DNA of 64,000 nt from contig JBHGNT010000007.1 of NCBI GenBank assembly GCA_043228905.1, positions 9,114,001 to 9,178,000 on the forward strand, given 5' to 3'. The notes beneath the pieces are model-generated. The model made no database searches. It was not told where the DNA came from and was given only the letters and a program-made list of their open reading frames with translations. The stretch is from Azolla caroliniana. Its lineage: Eukaryota > Plantae > Polypodiophyta. Of this stretch, positions 50,391-64,000 are shown piece by piece; position 1 is the first letter of the stretch; the number at the start of each line of letters is the position of its first letter. A program made the position numbers and the translations under genes.

Positions 50391-51120
50391 ATGGAAGATG
50401 GAGTCAACCTAGTCGTGGTAACTTATATTTGCATCTTGAAAGCTTGTGGCATTCTTAGATCTACCCACATTGGAGAACACATAGATACTGAGGTCAGAAG
50501 GTTAGGATTATTTCAAAACAACGCTATGCTTGGAAATGCTTTGGTAGATACGTATGCTACATGTGGTGATATAGGGAATGCACAAGAAGTGTTTGAGAAG
50601 CTTCCTATTCAAGATGTTGTATCTTGGAATGCATTGATTAATAAATATGTCAAGGAAAAGCTTCTCAATGAAGCTTTGGAATGCTTTTCAAAGATGACGA
50701 AACTAGGGGTACATATAGATGCGGTCACTTGGTACTTGCATTTTGAAGATCTGTAGCATGTGTTGAGTGCGTGCAATCATGCGGGGCTTTTAGAAGAGGG
50801 AGAGAAATGGTTTGATGAGATGTCTAAGGTTTATTGGTAGAACATTAAACTTGTATTATCGATCTATATAATCGCAAAGGACGTATTGAAAAGGCCAAAT
50901 CTCTCCTTGATAGGGTATCATCTTCTGGTCATTTGTAGCTATTGTTAGCTATACTATACGTGTGTTCCAAAAAGGGAAATGTAAATCTTGGGGAATGGGC
51001 CTTTGAGCAATCAATAGAGATAGGGTGAAAAGTGCATGGTTGCATATGTGAGCATGGAAAATTTATATGCTACTACTAGTATGCAAATACATGCAAATGA
51101 AATCAAAGTTTAGAGAGTGA
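50390..51120 (+). pseudogene. Decayed PLS-E PPR paralogue of the 44391 gene
   Basis: VVTYICILKACG..LGNALVDTYATCG..VVSWNALI, then frameshifted L2/S2/E1/E2 remnants (ACNHAGLLEEGEK, GNVNLGEWAFEQ); the 5' side abuts the transposase relic. Confidence 0.85.
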
Positions 51121-51499
51121 AACATTTAAAACATTATTTACCTATTTTTTTCATATTACTAATGACATCTATAATTGTTATACATGCATAACACCAAAGC
51201 TTGAAGAAATGCATCAAAATTTATGATATGAAAACTAGGGAAATGTGTTGAAATACAGTAAATTTTCCTACATGAATTTCCTATAATTTTTTGTTATTTC
51301 TTCGAATGCTCTTGTACAACCCAATGTTCAAGCAATTATTTTTGCAACTTGAGCAATTCTATGATCTAACCTCAAATTTCTCAAAACTTCTTAGATTCCT
51401 AATCTATTTCGAATTTTCTCTTTCAAAATTTAAATACCAAAAGAAAAACCCTAATGTTATTCTCAGTAAGCATACAATTGGAGAAGGGCAACCATGACC

Positions 51500-54000
51500 C
51501 TAATGAAGATACTCGTGAGGGATCAGTATTTGAAACCATGACCCTGAACATTGGCTAAAAGCTCATAGTGATGCTAAGTTCATTACCTCCACATCCCCGA
51601 ATATGAACTATGTGCATGCCCTAGCAACTGTCAGTGCGATGTAGATAGTAAAAAAGTGTATTGCTTGAACCTCTCCCATATACCTATAGAAGTTGAAGGA
51701 GAGGAAACACTCATTGAGCCTATCCACTTTGTTCGCCTAAACCTCACAATGTCAAAAATGTTAAATGAAATAAATGGGACACCATGTATGCAACAAATTC
51801 CTAGACAATGTAACATGACCTTGGTGATGAAGACCACTCTAGTAACCTCTCCCCTCACAACTACCATTACTCTTGCCAAATTGCCAAATGTACTAGAGGA
51901 GGCAAATTTCCACGCACACTTTTGACTATATGAGCAAGGGTCACACTTCATCATGTGGCATAGACCGCAAAGGACAAGACGTGTACAAGGTGCGACATGC
52001 GATAGCTTGACCAAAGTAAAGGCAATCAACCTAGGAGATGAAGACAATGATAAACTAGTGCTAATCAAAATTGAGCTCACACAAGCATACAAAGTCTCCT
52101 TAACAAGACTCTTACAAGAATTTGAATGCCAAGAAGACCTTGAACACAAAACAACGTTTGCCACTCAATTTGATACATTCGCCTACAAACAAATGCCATT
52201 CCGCCTCACTAGCGCCTTGAGCAAAACCAATGAGTTGATCACATCTTTGCTTCCAACTAATGCAATGGAATTGAATCATATGTCAATGACATGTGCATCC
52301 ATTTAGGGTGGGGTGTCCACCTCCAACTATTGTGCATGACATTCACTAAATGTAGAGAGTACCAACTTTGCCTTAACTTTCTCAAGTGCCAAAATTTGGG
52401 TGAAACATGAACTCATCTTAGGACATACATTGTACAATGATGGATATCCACCTAGAGCCACAATCAAACTCATATTGTAGCCACATATAAAGAAATGACC
52501 CCAAGTCTTGTTGGTTAAATATATAGAAGGTTCATTAAAATGTTTGCAAAAAAGTGTGACCCTTATACGACCTCTTAAAAACATTCACATGGACAGAGGA
52601 ATGCATGACCGCCCTTGAACTCCTCAAGGAATGTCTATCCAAAGCATCCATCCTCCTATCACTTGAGTGGGACAAAGAATCCCACATGAACACATCTGCT
52701 TTTGTGATCGGAGCAGTCTCAACCCAACCTACAAAAGGAAACCTTGACTTCCCAATAACTTTCCCCAGTCATCAACTCAATGTTGCAGACGAAATTAGTC
52801 TACAACGGCGCAAGATGGACTCACAATGATATATGGAGGCAAGGAATTCCAACACTACCTCTTATCTATCACTTTTGGTTTTATGTTGACCATCAGTATC
52901 TTCTACACCTTGTCAATGAGACACATGCCATAAGGTGGATCTCCCCATGGATCATCAACTTCCTTGAAATCATCATGCAAAAAGTGAAAGACCACGTTCT
53001 TGCCAATCATTTACCGTGACTTTCAAGTCGCAAAGTAGCAACAAATTATTATTGAATCAAACGGGTTGAAGCTGAAGCTTTCCAAAAAAGAGATGCATGG
53101 GAATGGCTAAATTCTTATACAAACATGTGGTCGTGTGATTCGGATGCCCCTTGGAGTTAATAAGCAACCAAGGATCTTATTTTCTGAATTTAGTTACTCA
53201 CCTCCTTGGTGAATTCATGGTAGTCCATCGAAGAAGCTCTTCGTAGGGTTTCAACAAGGTTCTTTGTAACATCCTCACATAAGTAGTGGCCGCATCATGG
53301 TCCAATAGAAGTACAAAACTCCAAGCGGTGTTCATGGTTTGTGAACCTCTTACAAAGTCGTGACTTGGCACACATGGTTTAAATTGGTCTATGGTCAAGT
53401 TGTCATCTTGGTGATTTCTTTGTACCTAGCCTTCATATCACTGCCCAAGAATGATGGGATGGTGACCTCCGACCTTCTTGCCTCGAAAACCTTAAACTCT
53501 TGATAGAAACCTACTTGCTACCATACCATGCCCTTGTAGAAAAAGCAAAACGAAACAAATGGCATGATAACAAGGTCAAAAGGTAAAGATTTAGTAGGAG
53601 GAGGCACAATCCTCTAATTCGTCTCCCAAACATCCAAAAAGAAACTCAAACTCCAATCTGAAGGACCCTATATTGCCACCACAATCACAAAAACAAGAGC
53701 ATGCATTTTAAGAACCTTTGATGGCCTCGATTTTCCAGGGTTTGTCAACAAGGAGTAACTTGAAATGCCACTATGGTCCAATTATGTTGGAATCTCAACT
53801 CATTCTAAGAAAAAGGGACATGCAAAAATTGAGGAAAACCTAAGTGTCTTGCATCAATCAAAACCAACCTTCAACATGCTCAAACTAAACTTAAATGTTA
53901 AGATGTGACCAAGGCTAAATCACAAATGCTCTATGTGCCGTGTCATATCCAACAAGTTCCCCTATTAGATATGGTGGACATTGGCGTAACATCCACACTA
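51500..54000 (+). mobile_element. Highly decayed Ty3/Gypsy pol (RT, RNaseH, integrase)
   Basis: KTTFATQFDTFAYKQMPF, SAFVIGAVSTQP, FWFYVDHQYLLHLVN, FGCPLELISNQG, FKLVYGQ, EGPY fragments. Confidence 0.75.
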
Positions 54001-57000
54001 CTCTCATTAGAAACTTAGGAAACCATTGGATTGTAAGATCTGAACAAGTGCTTTATCAAATTGTGGAATTTGAAGGGTCAACATCATATTGCTTAGGAAC
54101 CCCACATGCTCAGTCTAGTTGACTTGGGGGTTGATTTTGATCACAACTTGTGTCTTAGTTAGAGGTTGAAATTTTACATCATTGTGTGTTATATGTAATG
54201 TTCTCTATAGTTTTCCTATCAGTGGCAACATTTCTCAAATTTCTAGCATTGGAGCTCAAACTCCTTTAATCTAGCATACATTTCTATTTTTCATAAGTTT
54301 ACTTTTCATTAGTCTCTTTAAGTAGGGCTTAATCTTGTGATATTAATGTTTATTCTCTCTAAATTTTTGTGCTTAAATCTAATTGAGGATGTTCTTGCAA
54401 CCAATCACACAAGTCAATATGGTTAGTGTATAGTAGTCAGTTACATTAATTGCAAACAACTTTAATTTGTGATCAAGAGGAATTAAGTGATATTTTTGTA
54501 ACTACACATTATTAGTAGTACTATGGATAATGTTGATATTACAACTAATACTAGGTCTTGATGTTATTACACCAACTTTTAGTTCCATTTTAACATCATA
54601 TGTTTCAAAGACATACTATTCTAATGCTAGAAGTAACTTGTGAAGTCGTGAAAATTTTACATTTGCAAGACACTTAAAACACTTGTTCAATGCAAAAACT
54701 TGAAACTTGAAATTGTAAACCTATTGTTTTAAGATCGTGAAATATGAACTTTTTGTCATGATCACAAACATCAACATATTCCTCACAAATTGAACCACAA
54801 TTGTAAGGTTGCAAAGCACATATTGTACCACTTCAAACATACATAAACAAATTTTAGAAGGTAAGAATCAAGATCATGCATTTGTATATTATCCCTCTGC
54901 CTAATAGAATTGAAGGCGAGTGTATTGAGTCTCTTATGTGATGCATATAAAGGCAACACTTACACATTGGACTTCCACTGTCCACATCAAATCTCTAATT
55001 GAATCATATTGAAATAGTTGCTCCCAATATGTATTATTGGAGTGCAATGTGTACACTTTTCCTTTCCTTACTTAGGAGTAGTTACGACTATAATTTTTAA
55101 TGCTACATAAAATATTCTTGACAACCAAGATGAAACATGCTAGCAATTCCTTTTTTATATCATTAGTCACAATTTACAAAATAAATTTTCCCACACACGC
55201 TAAATTCCATTTTTCTCAAGGCACTTTGGAAGTTTCTATTTTGGAAAGTTTAAGCTATGTCATAATAATTATATCATCAAGTGGTGAATGATTTAAGACA
55301 TTGTCAAACCATCACTTTGACCTCACACAATTTGAAGTCATTACTATTTAAAAGAGCCCCATTAGTGGGCCAAGATTTATTGACTAGGTGAAGTGCAAAT
55401 CCTAATACAAAGTGTTGCAAAGCATCAAATGCTAGCAACTAGTGTTGTTATGAGGTAGGCAATATTCATGTTCCTCGACATCAGATGTCTTCAGCGTAAT
55501 CTCCTTGGTCTCCTTCTAGTTTTTTCCATATTATGCATAATCTCGTGCTCAAGCACTATAGATGTCATCGTCATGTTTCCTTCAAGCCATAACCTCTCTG
55601 TCTTCTTTTTGTTTCAAGACATGATGCAATTCTATTACTTCTATCATGACTTGCCACAAAGTAAGCATCCTTATCCATGGGTTACAAAAATCAAACAAAA
55701 CGGAAAATATTGTCAAATATTCCGTTTGATTTCATGGAAAGTGAATGCATTAAGTAGATTACACTTACTTTTTTATTTTCAACCAAAGGAGAAACTCATG
55801 ACATTTGTACCATTTTTGTGTATTTAATAGTGGATATTTGTCACTAGCAAGTATGTGCGGTCCTCTACCACACCTCTTGTGCAATTGTCTACGTTTCGTA
55901 GGTCATAAAAGCAGAAATGTTTTTTCCCAACAAGAAGAAGATGAAAAGTGTATCTTCATAGAATAGTCAAATAGCCCATATTTAAAATTTCATTTTTTAA
56001 TCCCTAGTACCTACAAAGAATATTACAATGATAATCCATTCTTCATTGTGCTTCCATTATTATTTTTTCTTAATTTCATTTCTTAGGTGTTAAAGCTTGT
56101 TCAACATTTGTATACCAATTTTCTCATTTTACCAATACATGTATATATAAGAGAAGCCATGCATATAGATGCATACCCTTGCTACATTGTATGTATGACT
56201 TTCCATGCCAAGTTCTTGGGTGCATAGCATGGAATGCACCAAATTTGGAAATTAATCAGGAAACATATTTATTCATATCATTCATTCAAGCACTAATGTT
56301 TTTACTAAATTCTTAGAATGAATGTCTAAAATTGTCTTATTTAAGACTATGAAACATTTTTTAGGTATTATATATGTGGAACTTGTTGGAATTTATGGTG
56401 CCCTAAGTGTCCATGTGGACATATTGTAGCCCTATTGTATATTCTCTAGTTTAAATTGTATTTGGCAATTATAATGGAGGATAGGTGCAAGATGTTGTGC
56501 CATATGATGGTGTCTCTCATGTATTAGTCATTTCATGCAATAGACATTTCTAGGTCTATCCATTTGATGTTTCTATGAAATAGGCAAAAATCTAAATTAA
56601 AAGTAAGATTTCTTGAAGATCTCTTCTATTGCTCTACACTACATTTGTGTAGGATCATGACCACAAAAGAAAGATTGGTTGAAGACTTTCCATTATTTCT
56701 CCATATCTACCTAATCAGCACATGCATTAAAGTGACCATTTACCACCTTGAAAGGGTTCACTAAAGGAATATTTCAAATATGACCAATGATGTTAATGGG
56801 TAACGACAACATGAACATAACTGAGTTGAAGTTGTTGTTTCCATTTTGATGACTAGTCTAAAAAACATCAATCTTTTATATGAGATGATGAAAGACTTGT
56901 TATTACACACACTAAATCAAGCATTTACATAAAAGAACGACGAGCTTGTAAACTCAACGAAAAATGAATCAAGAGCGGACTTTTACATTTCACATTCAAG

Positions 57001-59609
57001 AAATACAATTCTACTTAAAAAAGTCTGCCAAAAACTTTTTAAGTCTAGTTAAGATCATTATAAAACAAAATGGCACTCCATTTATAACAAGAACTTGGTT
57101 ATATACAATGAAAATTTAGTGATAGGACCATTGAAACAATAACTTTGAGGAAAAGATGGAACTATGTTGTCGATGTTAGTGAAGTTGGCGCTATATTATG
57201 ACATTGATGCATTGAGGCTCCTTCCACTCGCAATGCCTTTGACAATTTGGTTAGGACACTTTTTGAAACATTTCATGTACTCAATAATCATTCCTATATG
57301 TTGCACCACTTATTTGGCTAGTCATAGATCATAAATTTATTAATCAATAGTAGTAGGCTTTTCTTTCCTTCCTAAGAGAAACAATAAATTATACCTTTTG
57401 TAATGTATGCATATGGCAATAAGTATAAACAAATACTTTTAGTATGGACTAATATGAGAACTATTTTTGCACGAACATAACATGGATTCCGATGTGCATA
57501 CCTCAATTCATAATTGTAAGATTGCAATGGACACACTTCATCTCATACTCCCATGGACTAATATGAGAACTATTTACCTTTGTAAGCATTGGAGGCAAGC
57601 ATTGTCCGTTCCAAGGATGACTTAGAGGAAGGAAGGTGGCGGTTGATTATTTTCAGATAGTAGGAACCCACTTGTATTGTTTGATGATTGGTTTGTTAAT
57701 CACTGCTTCAGTGTTTAAGGTGGTCTATAAACATTGAGTGCAAAAGCTCTATGACAAAAGCTTGAGCTTGAAAGCTCAAATGGTAAACCCTTAACCCCAA
57801 AGCTCGAAGGCTATATAGCAAAGACATCCAAGCACCCTTCTCCAACAAAATTATCATTGTCAATCATTCACGCCCCGCCTCTAGAGGTTTCTATTTCTCA
57901 TCCCGAGATCGTAGTTAAACATCACGTAGACCTCCTTCTACTCCCCACACTTTATGCCAACAACATCGTGACTTTGTCCACAAGTGTTCAATCAGATTTT
58001 GAGGATGGTTCCATCATATCATGGATCCCCTTATTGAACTATTATCAAGCAAGACTATTGGGGACTTCGACTAGGGATGATGTCACTTTGTGCTCCTCTC
58101 AAGCATTGATGTGTGAGTTAGCAAAACCCTTTTTCAATGTCGTCGAGATGCAATGCCCTCTATGGTGGAAAAGAAGACCAAAAATCTATGGATAAGAAGA
58201 GGAGGTGAATAAGAGAAAATGAAAAATAATGACAATATACCTTAATGCAAAAATCTTCCAAAATAATGAAACAAAGAGCTGCTTCTCCCCCAAAAATTCC
58301 CAAAAGAAGAACCCCTAAGTAAGTCCTCTTCCCTTCCTTTTATATGGAGAGAGAGGTACCTCATTTGCATTAAATTCTCACCTACCTCGTTTGCATCGAA
58401 AATGCAAAAGGAACAATCCTTTTATATGCACTACAAAGATTCAAATTCTATACCCCTTTTTACATAGACAAAAAGGTGTGGAGTTCCTAGACTCTATACC
58501 CCTTGACTACCCAACCCCGTGGGGCCTTCCATTCTGTGAGGATCCAACCATCAATTCCCAATTTCAGTAGTGATCCATGAGACACCATGCCATCTCTTCT
58601 CCTACCACACCCATCACTCAACCCTATGTTCATACCCCCCTTGCATCTCTCCATTTCCCTCTTTAGTTTTTTTTCCTGTTTCTCAGTGTTGGCAATGGCG
58701 AGAATACTTCACTGCAAAGCAAATGTGCTCCACACTCTTATTCAACTGGCCTCTTTTGCCTCGCCCTCATTGACATAAAATCTCAAAAGTGAGGATAATC
58801 TAGGTTATGGAGATCAAATACCTTCACATCCACGATCCTGACATCAAGGCGACCATGTACATTTTGGTACGTCTCTAGATTCTCCTTACTACTCCCACAT
58901 TTAGAGACCCTGAGTTCCATTGTAATGAACACCCTAAATGGGTGGTCATTGTCAACTTAAATAAGGGCCCCAACAACTGCCAAATGGTTCGTCTTTAGTT
59001 TCAAGTCAACATTTTTCCTTCCACATACGAAAGAGATTTTAAAACTATGGTCAACATACTTCCTCCCACCTTAGGCAAGTTATGAACATAGTCGACCATC
59101 AATGTTCACAACTATGCCAATCAACTTTAACTAGTTGGGAATGAATCACCATAGAAAAACAGGATGTCCATCTCCCCCCCTTCTCAAGATTCAATACATC
59201 TAGTTCCTCGTACCCTGATTGCCTTGACGCTAATTGTCTAGCTCCTCCAACTTCACCGACCAATTCCTCCTACTCCACCGTCCAATATTGGGGTTAGTTT
59301 TTTTATGCTTGCAAGAGATGTATTCATACTCCCAACCATGGGAGGACAATGATTAAGGAATCATGATGGCAAACACTTCAAATTGCTCCAAATTCCTCAT
59401 TCTTCTTGTGTTCAACATAGCTTGGTTGTCCTATGGCATGAAGCACTCTCCTTATTTTTATGGGGACAAGAATCAAGCAGAAAACATTGGAAATATTTGA
59501 AAAAAGAGCTAATTGTGTCTTTTCCATTATTATGTTGACCTTGGGAGAGATGTGTTCTCCGTTTATTGGCTAGTTTCTTTTGTGGGCCAAAAAGGTGGGA
59601 GATGAAGTT

Positions 59610-60951
59610 GAGGCTATAAAATGGATACTCATGTACTTAAAAGGCGCCTCAAGGGTATGCCTTAGGTATGGTTTCAGAAAACCTATGCCCAAAGGTTTTA
59701 CCGACTCAAACATGTCAGGGGATGTGCACTCCAATCGATCCACATCAAGTAATGTGATGACCTATGAAGGGGAAGCAATGTCATGGCAGTCGAGATTGTA
59801 AAAGGTTGTGGTTTTCTCGACCACAGAGGCAAAATATATGGTTGCAGTAGAGGTTGGAAAGGAGCTGATTTAGATGAAGAATTTTCTCAGTGAACTAGGA
59901 ATGAACCAAGAAAGATTCTTACTTCATTGTGATAATCAAAGTGTCATACATTGCGCCAAGAACACTGCGTACCACTCTCAACCAAGCATATAAGAGAAGG
60001 TATCACTAATTATGAGAGAAAGTGGAAGAGGAAGAGTTTACCCTTGTGAGCATCCATACTGATGATAATGGATCTGACATGCTCACGAAAATCCTACCTA
60101 TGGACAAACTCAGAGTCTGTCGACAGAAGACATGATTGGCCGACTCTCCCTACATGAGTGAAGGGGGAGGAGTTTGTTAGGATTTAGTCCCTCCTAATGG
60201 GTGAAGTTAGTTGATCGATTGGGAGAATCGGTAGTTGAAATCGGGTCGATCATTTGGAGTGACCAGCGAGTCAACTTGGTAGTTGACTGAGTGAAGAAAA
60301 TGAAGAGTCGACCATTTGGGGTCTCGAACGACCAGAGGAATGACTTGGGGGTCAACCAATTTGGAGGTTGAAAATATTGGGTGGATAATCCAAGTGCAAG
60401 AATAGGCCGACTAGCCGGGTTGACATGATTGTCAATGACAGAGTTTGCTAGTCAAACCGACTGGATAGTCGACATAGGAATCGACTAGTCAAATTGACCT
60501 GTGGGTCAGATAGTCAAGTCGACCAGCCGGTCGAATAACTATTATAATATAATAATAACTTATTCCTTCTATAAATATGTGAAGCTAGGGAAAACTTTTG
60601 GGTGTAGTGTGCAGTTGTAGAAGAAGTAGAGAAGGTGTAGAGCAGATATAATAGTGATAGTGTAACAAAGAGAAGGTAGGAGACAACAAAGGTAGTGTAG
60701 GCATATTTAGGTGAACTTGCCAAAACCCTAAGTGGTGAATACTCTGTTCAACAAAGTCTTTGTAATCTGATTCTCCTCTTGTATCTTTGTCATATAATGA
60801 AGTTCTGTTGCCCCGTGGTTTTCCCCTACTTTAGGGTTTCCACATAAATTTGGTGTACTGCGTATTCTTTCTATTTTGTTGTTTTCTATTTTCAGTTCTA
60901 TATATCATTTGTGTCTATTTTTCTCGTCTATCTACGGTCCTAAAACTGACA
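59610..60951 (+). mobile_element. Ty1/Copia family F-related 3' end: RNaseH, PPT and 3' LTR (60175-60951)
   Basis: AIKWILMYLKG, RSTS, SWQSRL; PPT gtgaagggggaggag; LTR TGTTAGG...CTGACA similar to the LTRs at 29639 and 38138. Confidence 0.88.
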
Positions 60952-61463
60952 CCTTCATCTCACCTCATTGTATCTATTTTTTTTTCTTTTAATGCTTCCT
61001 CTAACTCAATCTTGTTAAGTGCTCATTTATTTATTTCAAAAGAAGCTTTCTTACATTCTTGAATCTCATCTTCAAGTTTTGCAACTATTTTCTTAAGAAT
61101 TTCATTCTCAATGACAACAGTTTGGAGCTTAACATTCTCTTTCATTAGTTTCCTAATCTCTTCACCTTGCTTGTTTATGGTTTCTTGAAGAGAAATCAAG
61201 TCACTCATAAACATTTTGTCCATTGTTACTAAGTATATTGCATTGGCATAAAGAATCGTTGGTTATCTTGGCTCATTATCAATCATACTCCTGGACTTTG
61301 TGGCAGCTTTACGAGCGTTTGCCATTGTAAGACCAAAACTAGGAGAAGGATACCTCTGAAACCTATTAGCTTTTGTTGATTACGAAACAAATCTTCTTGG
61401 AACATATCACAGACCTTGTTGTGAGCTTCGAATCAAGCCATAGCTTGTCAAACTTGAAGACCG
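60952..61463 (-). mobile_element. Probable LINE 5' end (5' UTR plus coiled-coil ORF1 start), cut by the Copia LTR
   Basis: Minus-strand MANARKAATK...LQETINKQGEEIRKLMKENVKLQ heptad-like frame with stops, next to LINE ORF2 pieces. Confidence 0.5.
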
Positions 61464-61507
<44 letters not shown>

Positions 61508-62437
61508 TATATTATCGTCTTCGGAGGTCAAATATGACCTATGAGACCAAAAATATTATATTTCACGTGATACGTGTGGAAGTGAGTAGTGACTCTCGAT
61601 GTTCAAGAACTTTACTAATGAATGTTGCAATCAAGAGTGCACATTGTGGTTGTGAGAGGAATTCATGCAAGGATTGGGCTCGGTCAAAGAGATGTGGAAA
61701 GCATGGTTGAATATGATCAAAGGCAAAGCATTGTATCAAAGTGTGATACTTGGACTCGTGAACTTGTTTAGGGCAAAGTGTGCATAGCCAACTACTCTCA
61801 TCACTTGTGCCCCAACACCCTGTCTCACATCGTAATGCATGTGAGCTAAGTTGCATGGAAGCAATGGTTTGAATGACAGATAACGGTATGGGCTCTAACA
61901 TGTATCGATGTGTACGGTTTTCCAGTTCCGCAAAGAATATGGTTTTGTAGTTAGGTGCAACATGTGTAGTATGATGTGTGAAGCGTGACCCTCCACACTT
62001 GCCCAATGTCATGATACATTGGCATTGCAAGAAGGCCTCATTTATAGAGGAATCTAGTGATGCATCATGAAGCAACTGTCTTGCATCCCATCTACCAAAC
62101 CATTTTTCTATATCTTGCATCCAACTGGAACACAAAATTTTGCTTTTATGAGTCTTTTGGATCTTTTTGCTTGCTTCCCATACAATTCTAGGAAGTCGAT
62201 GCGAGGGACTTTTTTGAACCTTAAGCATGTATTCAACTACCCTTTCCATGGCCATGATCTCAATGGGAAGCGATCCCATCTCAAGGAGGAGGAGGGTGTA
62301 AGACGTTTGTTTCTTAACTTGTAGAAACTTTGTAAGAAAATGTTTTTGGACATTTTCAAACTCTTTCCACATAGATTTAGGGATGTTACCGCCCCATACT
62401 TCCACCCCATAAAGAAGAACTGGTGTCACCAAAGTGT

Positions 62438-62440
<3 letters not shown>
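61464..62440 (-). mobile_element. LINE 3' portion (ORF2 C-terminus with CCHC-like finger) with a (TATC)n tail
   Basis: LVTPVLLYGVEVWG, LSSHALRCETG, LCTLCPK..ESKYHTLIQC; tail at 61464-61506; resembles RTE-X/L2-type ORF2. Confidence 0.85.
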
Positions 62441-62495
<55 letters not shown>

Positions 62496-64000
62496 ACGTC
62501 TTCTAAGGCCAAATTTGGTCCATGAGACAAATGGTTTATAACAAAAAATGGGATATTTACCCATTCATCGAAAGTAAAAAATAAAAATAAAAATAGAGTT
62601 TTATGCTAAATAGTTCTAGTAAAATAACAAACATGTTCTACAATGAAAATGATGTTATACTAGGCCTAATTTCATTTCCATCCAAGTCTCTCGAAGAGAA
62701 GCGGAAGGTCAAAGGGTTTCGATGTGGATGTGGCCCGTGGCCCCAATGTAAAAGGTACCCCAACCATAGCTTCTAGTCGACGTAGCTCACGTTTCCTTAT
62801 CTTCTCAATCCTTTCTATTCCGTGTCGACTTGTTTTGAAGCCCAACACCCAAGGGCGTTTGGTTGTTCTTAGCATTTCGGCTTCCTCAAGAGAGAGGCCG
62901 AGAGGCGTAAGAGTATCCACATTCATCGTCTCCCCTTGTTCTTGAAAAATTACACTAGTTACAAGTTGATGAATAGTAAAAGGGTTATGGTTAACACTTT
63001 GTAATTTATTCTCCCTATGTTGTTTTAGCTCTAAGATATACCTACCTAGTCTCTTTACATCCGAGGCATCTAATAGTTTGGAGAGGGTGGGAGAGGGTCC
63101 TAATATGTCTTGGTATTCCACTCGTATCTCGGCATAAGTTGGGCACTTGCATGTGAAGTGATACTCATCCTCTATCTCTATGTGGCACAACCTACATAGC
63201 CTTTCCTCCCTAGGGACTCTATTAGCCTGACCATTCTCAATCTCAAGTTGGTGAGATGATATCCTAAGTTTTCCAATGGCCACCCTTAGTGCATTTATTA
63301 AGAATGTATCTAGATATCTTGGTCATGTAATAAAACCTAACTGAGAGAAGTGCAAGAAGTGTTCCTTATAATATGTAACATTTTAGATAGGAGTGGCTCT
63401 TGTATCGAGTATAAATTTGCCATATTTCTTGGTGTATCACTTTATTACGGTCTTCATGAGATATTAGAATTTGGTCAGTCCCATGGTTGTACTTAAGGGG
63501 GGCGTAGGTTATTAACGTCTATGTCGTTTGCAAGTAACCAACTCACCACAGTGCTATACCAAGAGCTAGTGTCTCCAGACGCATGTAGGAATCCGGATGC
63601 CTCAAAGGCTCTACGGGATATCCTATCTTGTGGTTGGCTATGTATCCGATGAATAAAAACTACCACTTGAAACAACGCTTCTACTAACATCGGGGGCAGA
63701 CTGAACTCTGCTCTAATAATGTCATGTGGTACTGTCGATTTGCTTTGGAGTTGACGTGATAACATCGTCACCAAAGGTCTCTCTAATTGCGTCCACATGA
63801 AAGATGGTAGACCTAGAACCCATACTCCTGATGCTTACATGAGGGACGGGGTCACTAATGGGTCGAAGAGCCATCCCTTAGTTCGTGGCTCTTGAAAGTA
63901 TGCTTGGTGGCATTGTCTCTCTAAGAGTGAGAGGGATGCATACCCTCTCGTTAGCCTATCTTTGGTTGCCTAGGTCATTGAGAATTTACCTAAGCGAGCA
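62441..64000 (-). mobile_element. Second LINE 3' portion (different subfamily) with a (TC)n tail; runs off the window
   Basis: LRISSHQLEIENG..REERLCRLCH.EIEDEYHFTCKCPTY; (GA)n at 62441-62492. Confidence 0.87.

Noticed and set aside
54400-59500. Host gene or identifiable transposase
   Set aside because: AT-rich with only short ORFs; faint DNA-transposon-like remnants are too decayed to assign by eye.

Overview
Eukaryotic nuclear DNA from a land plant, most likely a fern (the PPR protein has 36-aa LL motifs and a DYW:WW-type PG box). Three host genes are supported: the 3' exons of a LUMINIDEPENDENS-like gene (+, 610-3407), a roughly 23-exon plant Msp1/ATAD1-type AAA ATPase (-, 6686-19131), and a PLS-E-DYW PPR RNA-editing factor (+, 44391-47162). 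A decayed PPR paralogue lies at 50390-51120. The ATPase and PPR genes are head-to-head but separated by a ~24.5 kb block bounded by diverged inverted repeats and filled with about a dozen nested, mostly truncated Copia/Gypsy elements and solo LTRs. The right part holds a decayed Sola-like transposase tail-to-tail with an FCP1/NIF-type phosphatase relic, a decayed Gypsy, a Copia 3' end and three head-to-tail LINE pieces. The most unusual observations are tRNA-like A-box/B-box cassettes inside several dissimilar LTRs/TEs, the phosphatase next to the DNA transposase, a DYW:WW editor with a His-to-Tyr zinc-ligand change and a stop-interrupted targeting peptide, a hairpin tandem array inside a solo LTR, and a covarying LINE 3' stem-loop. 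All alignments were done by eye; no searches were run.
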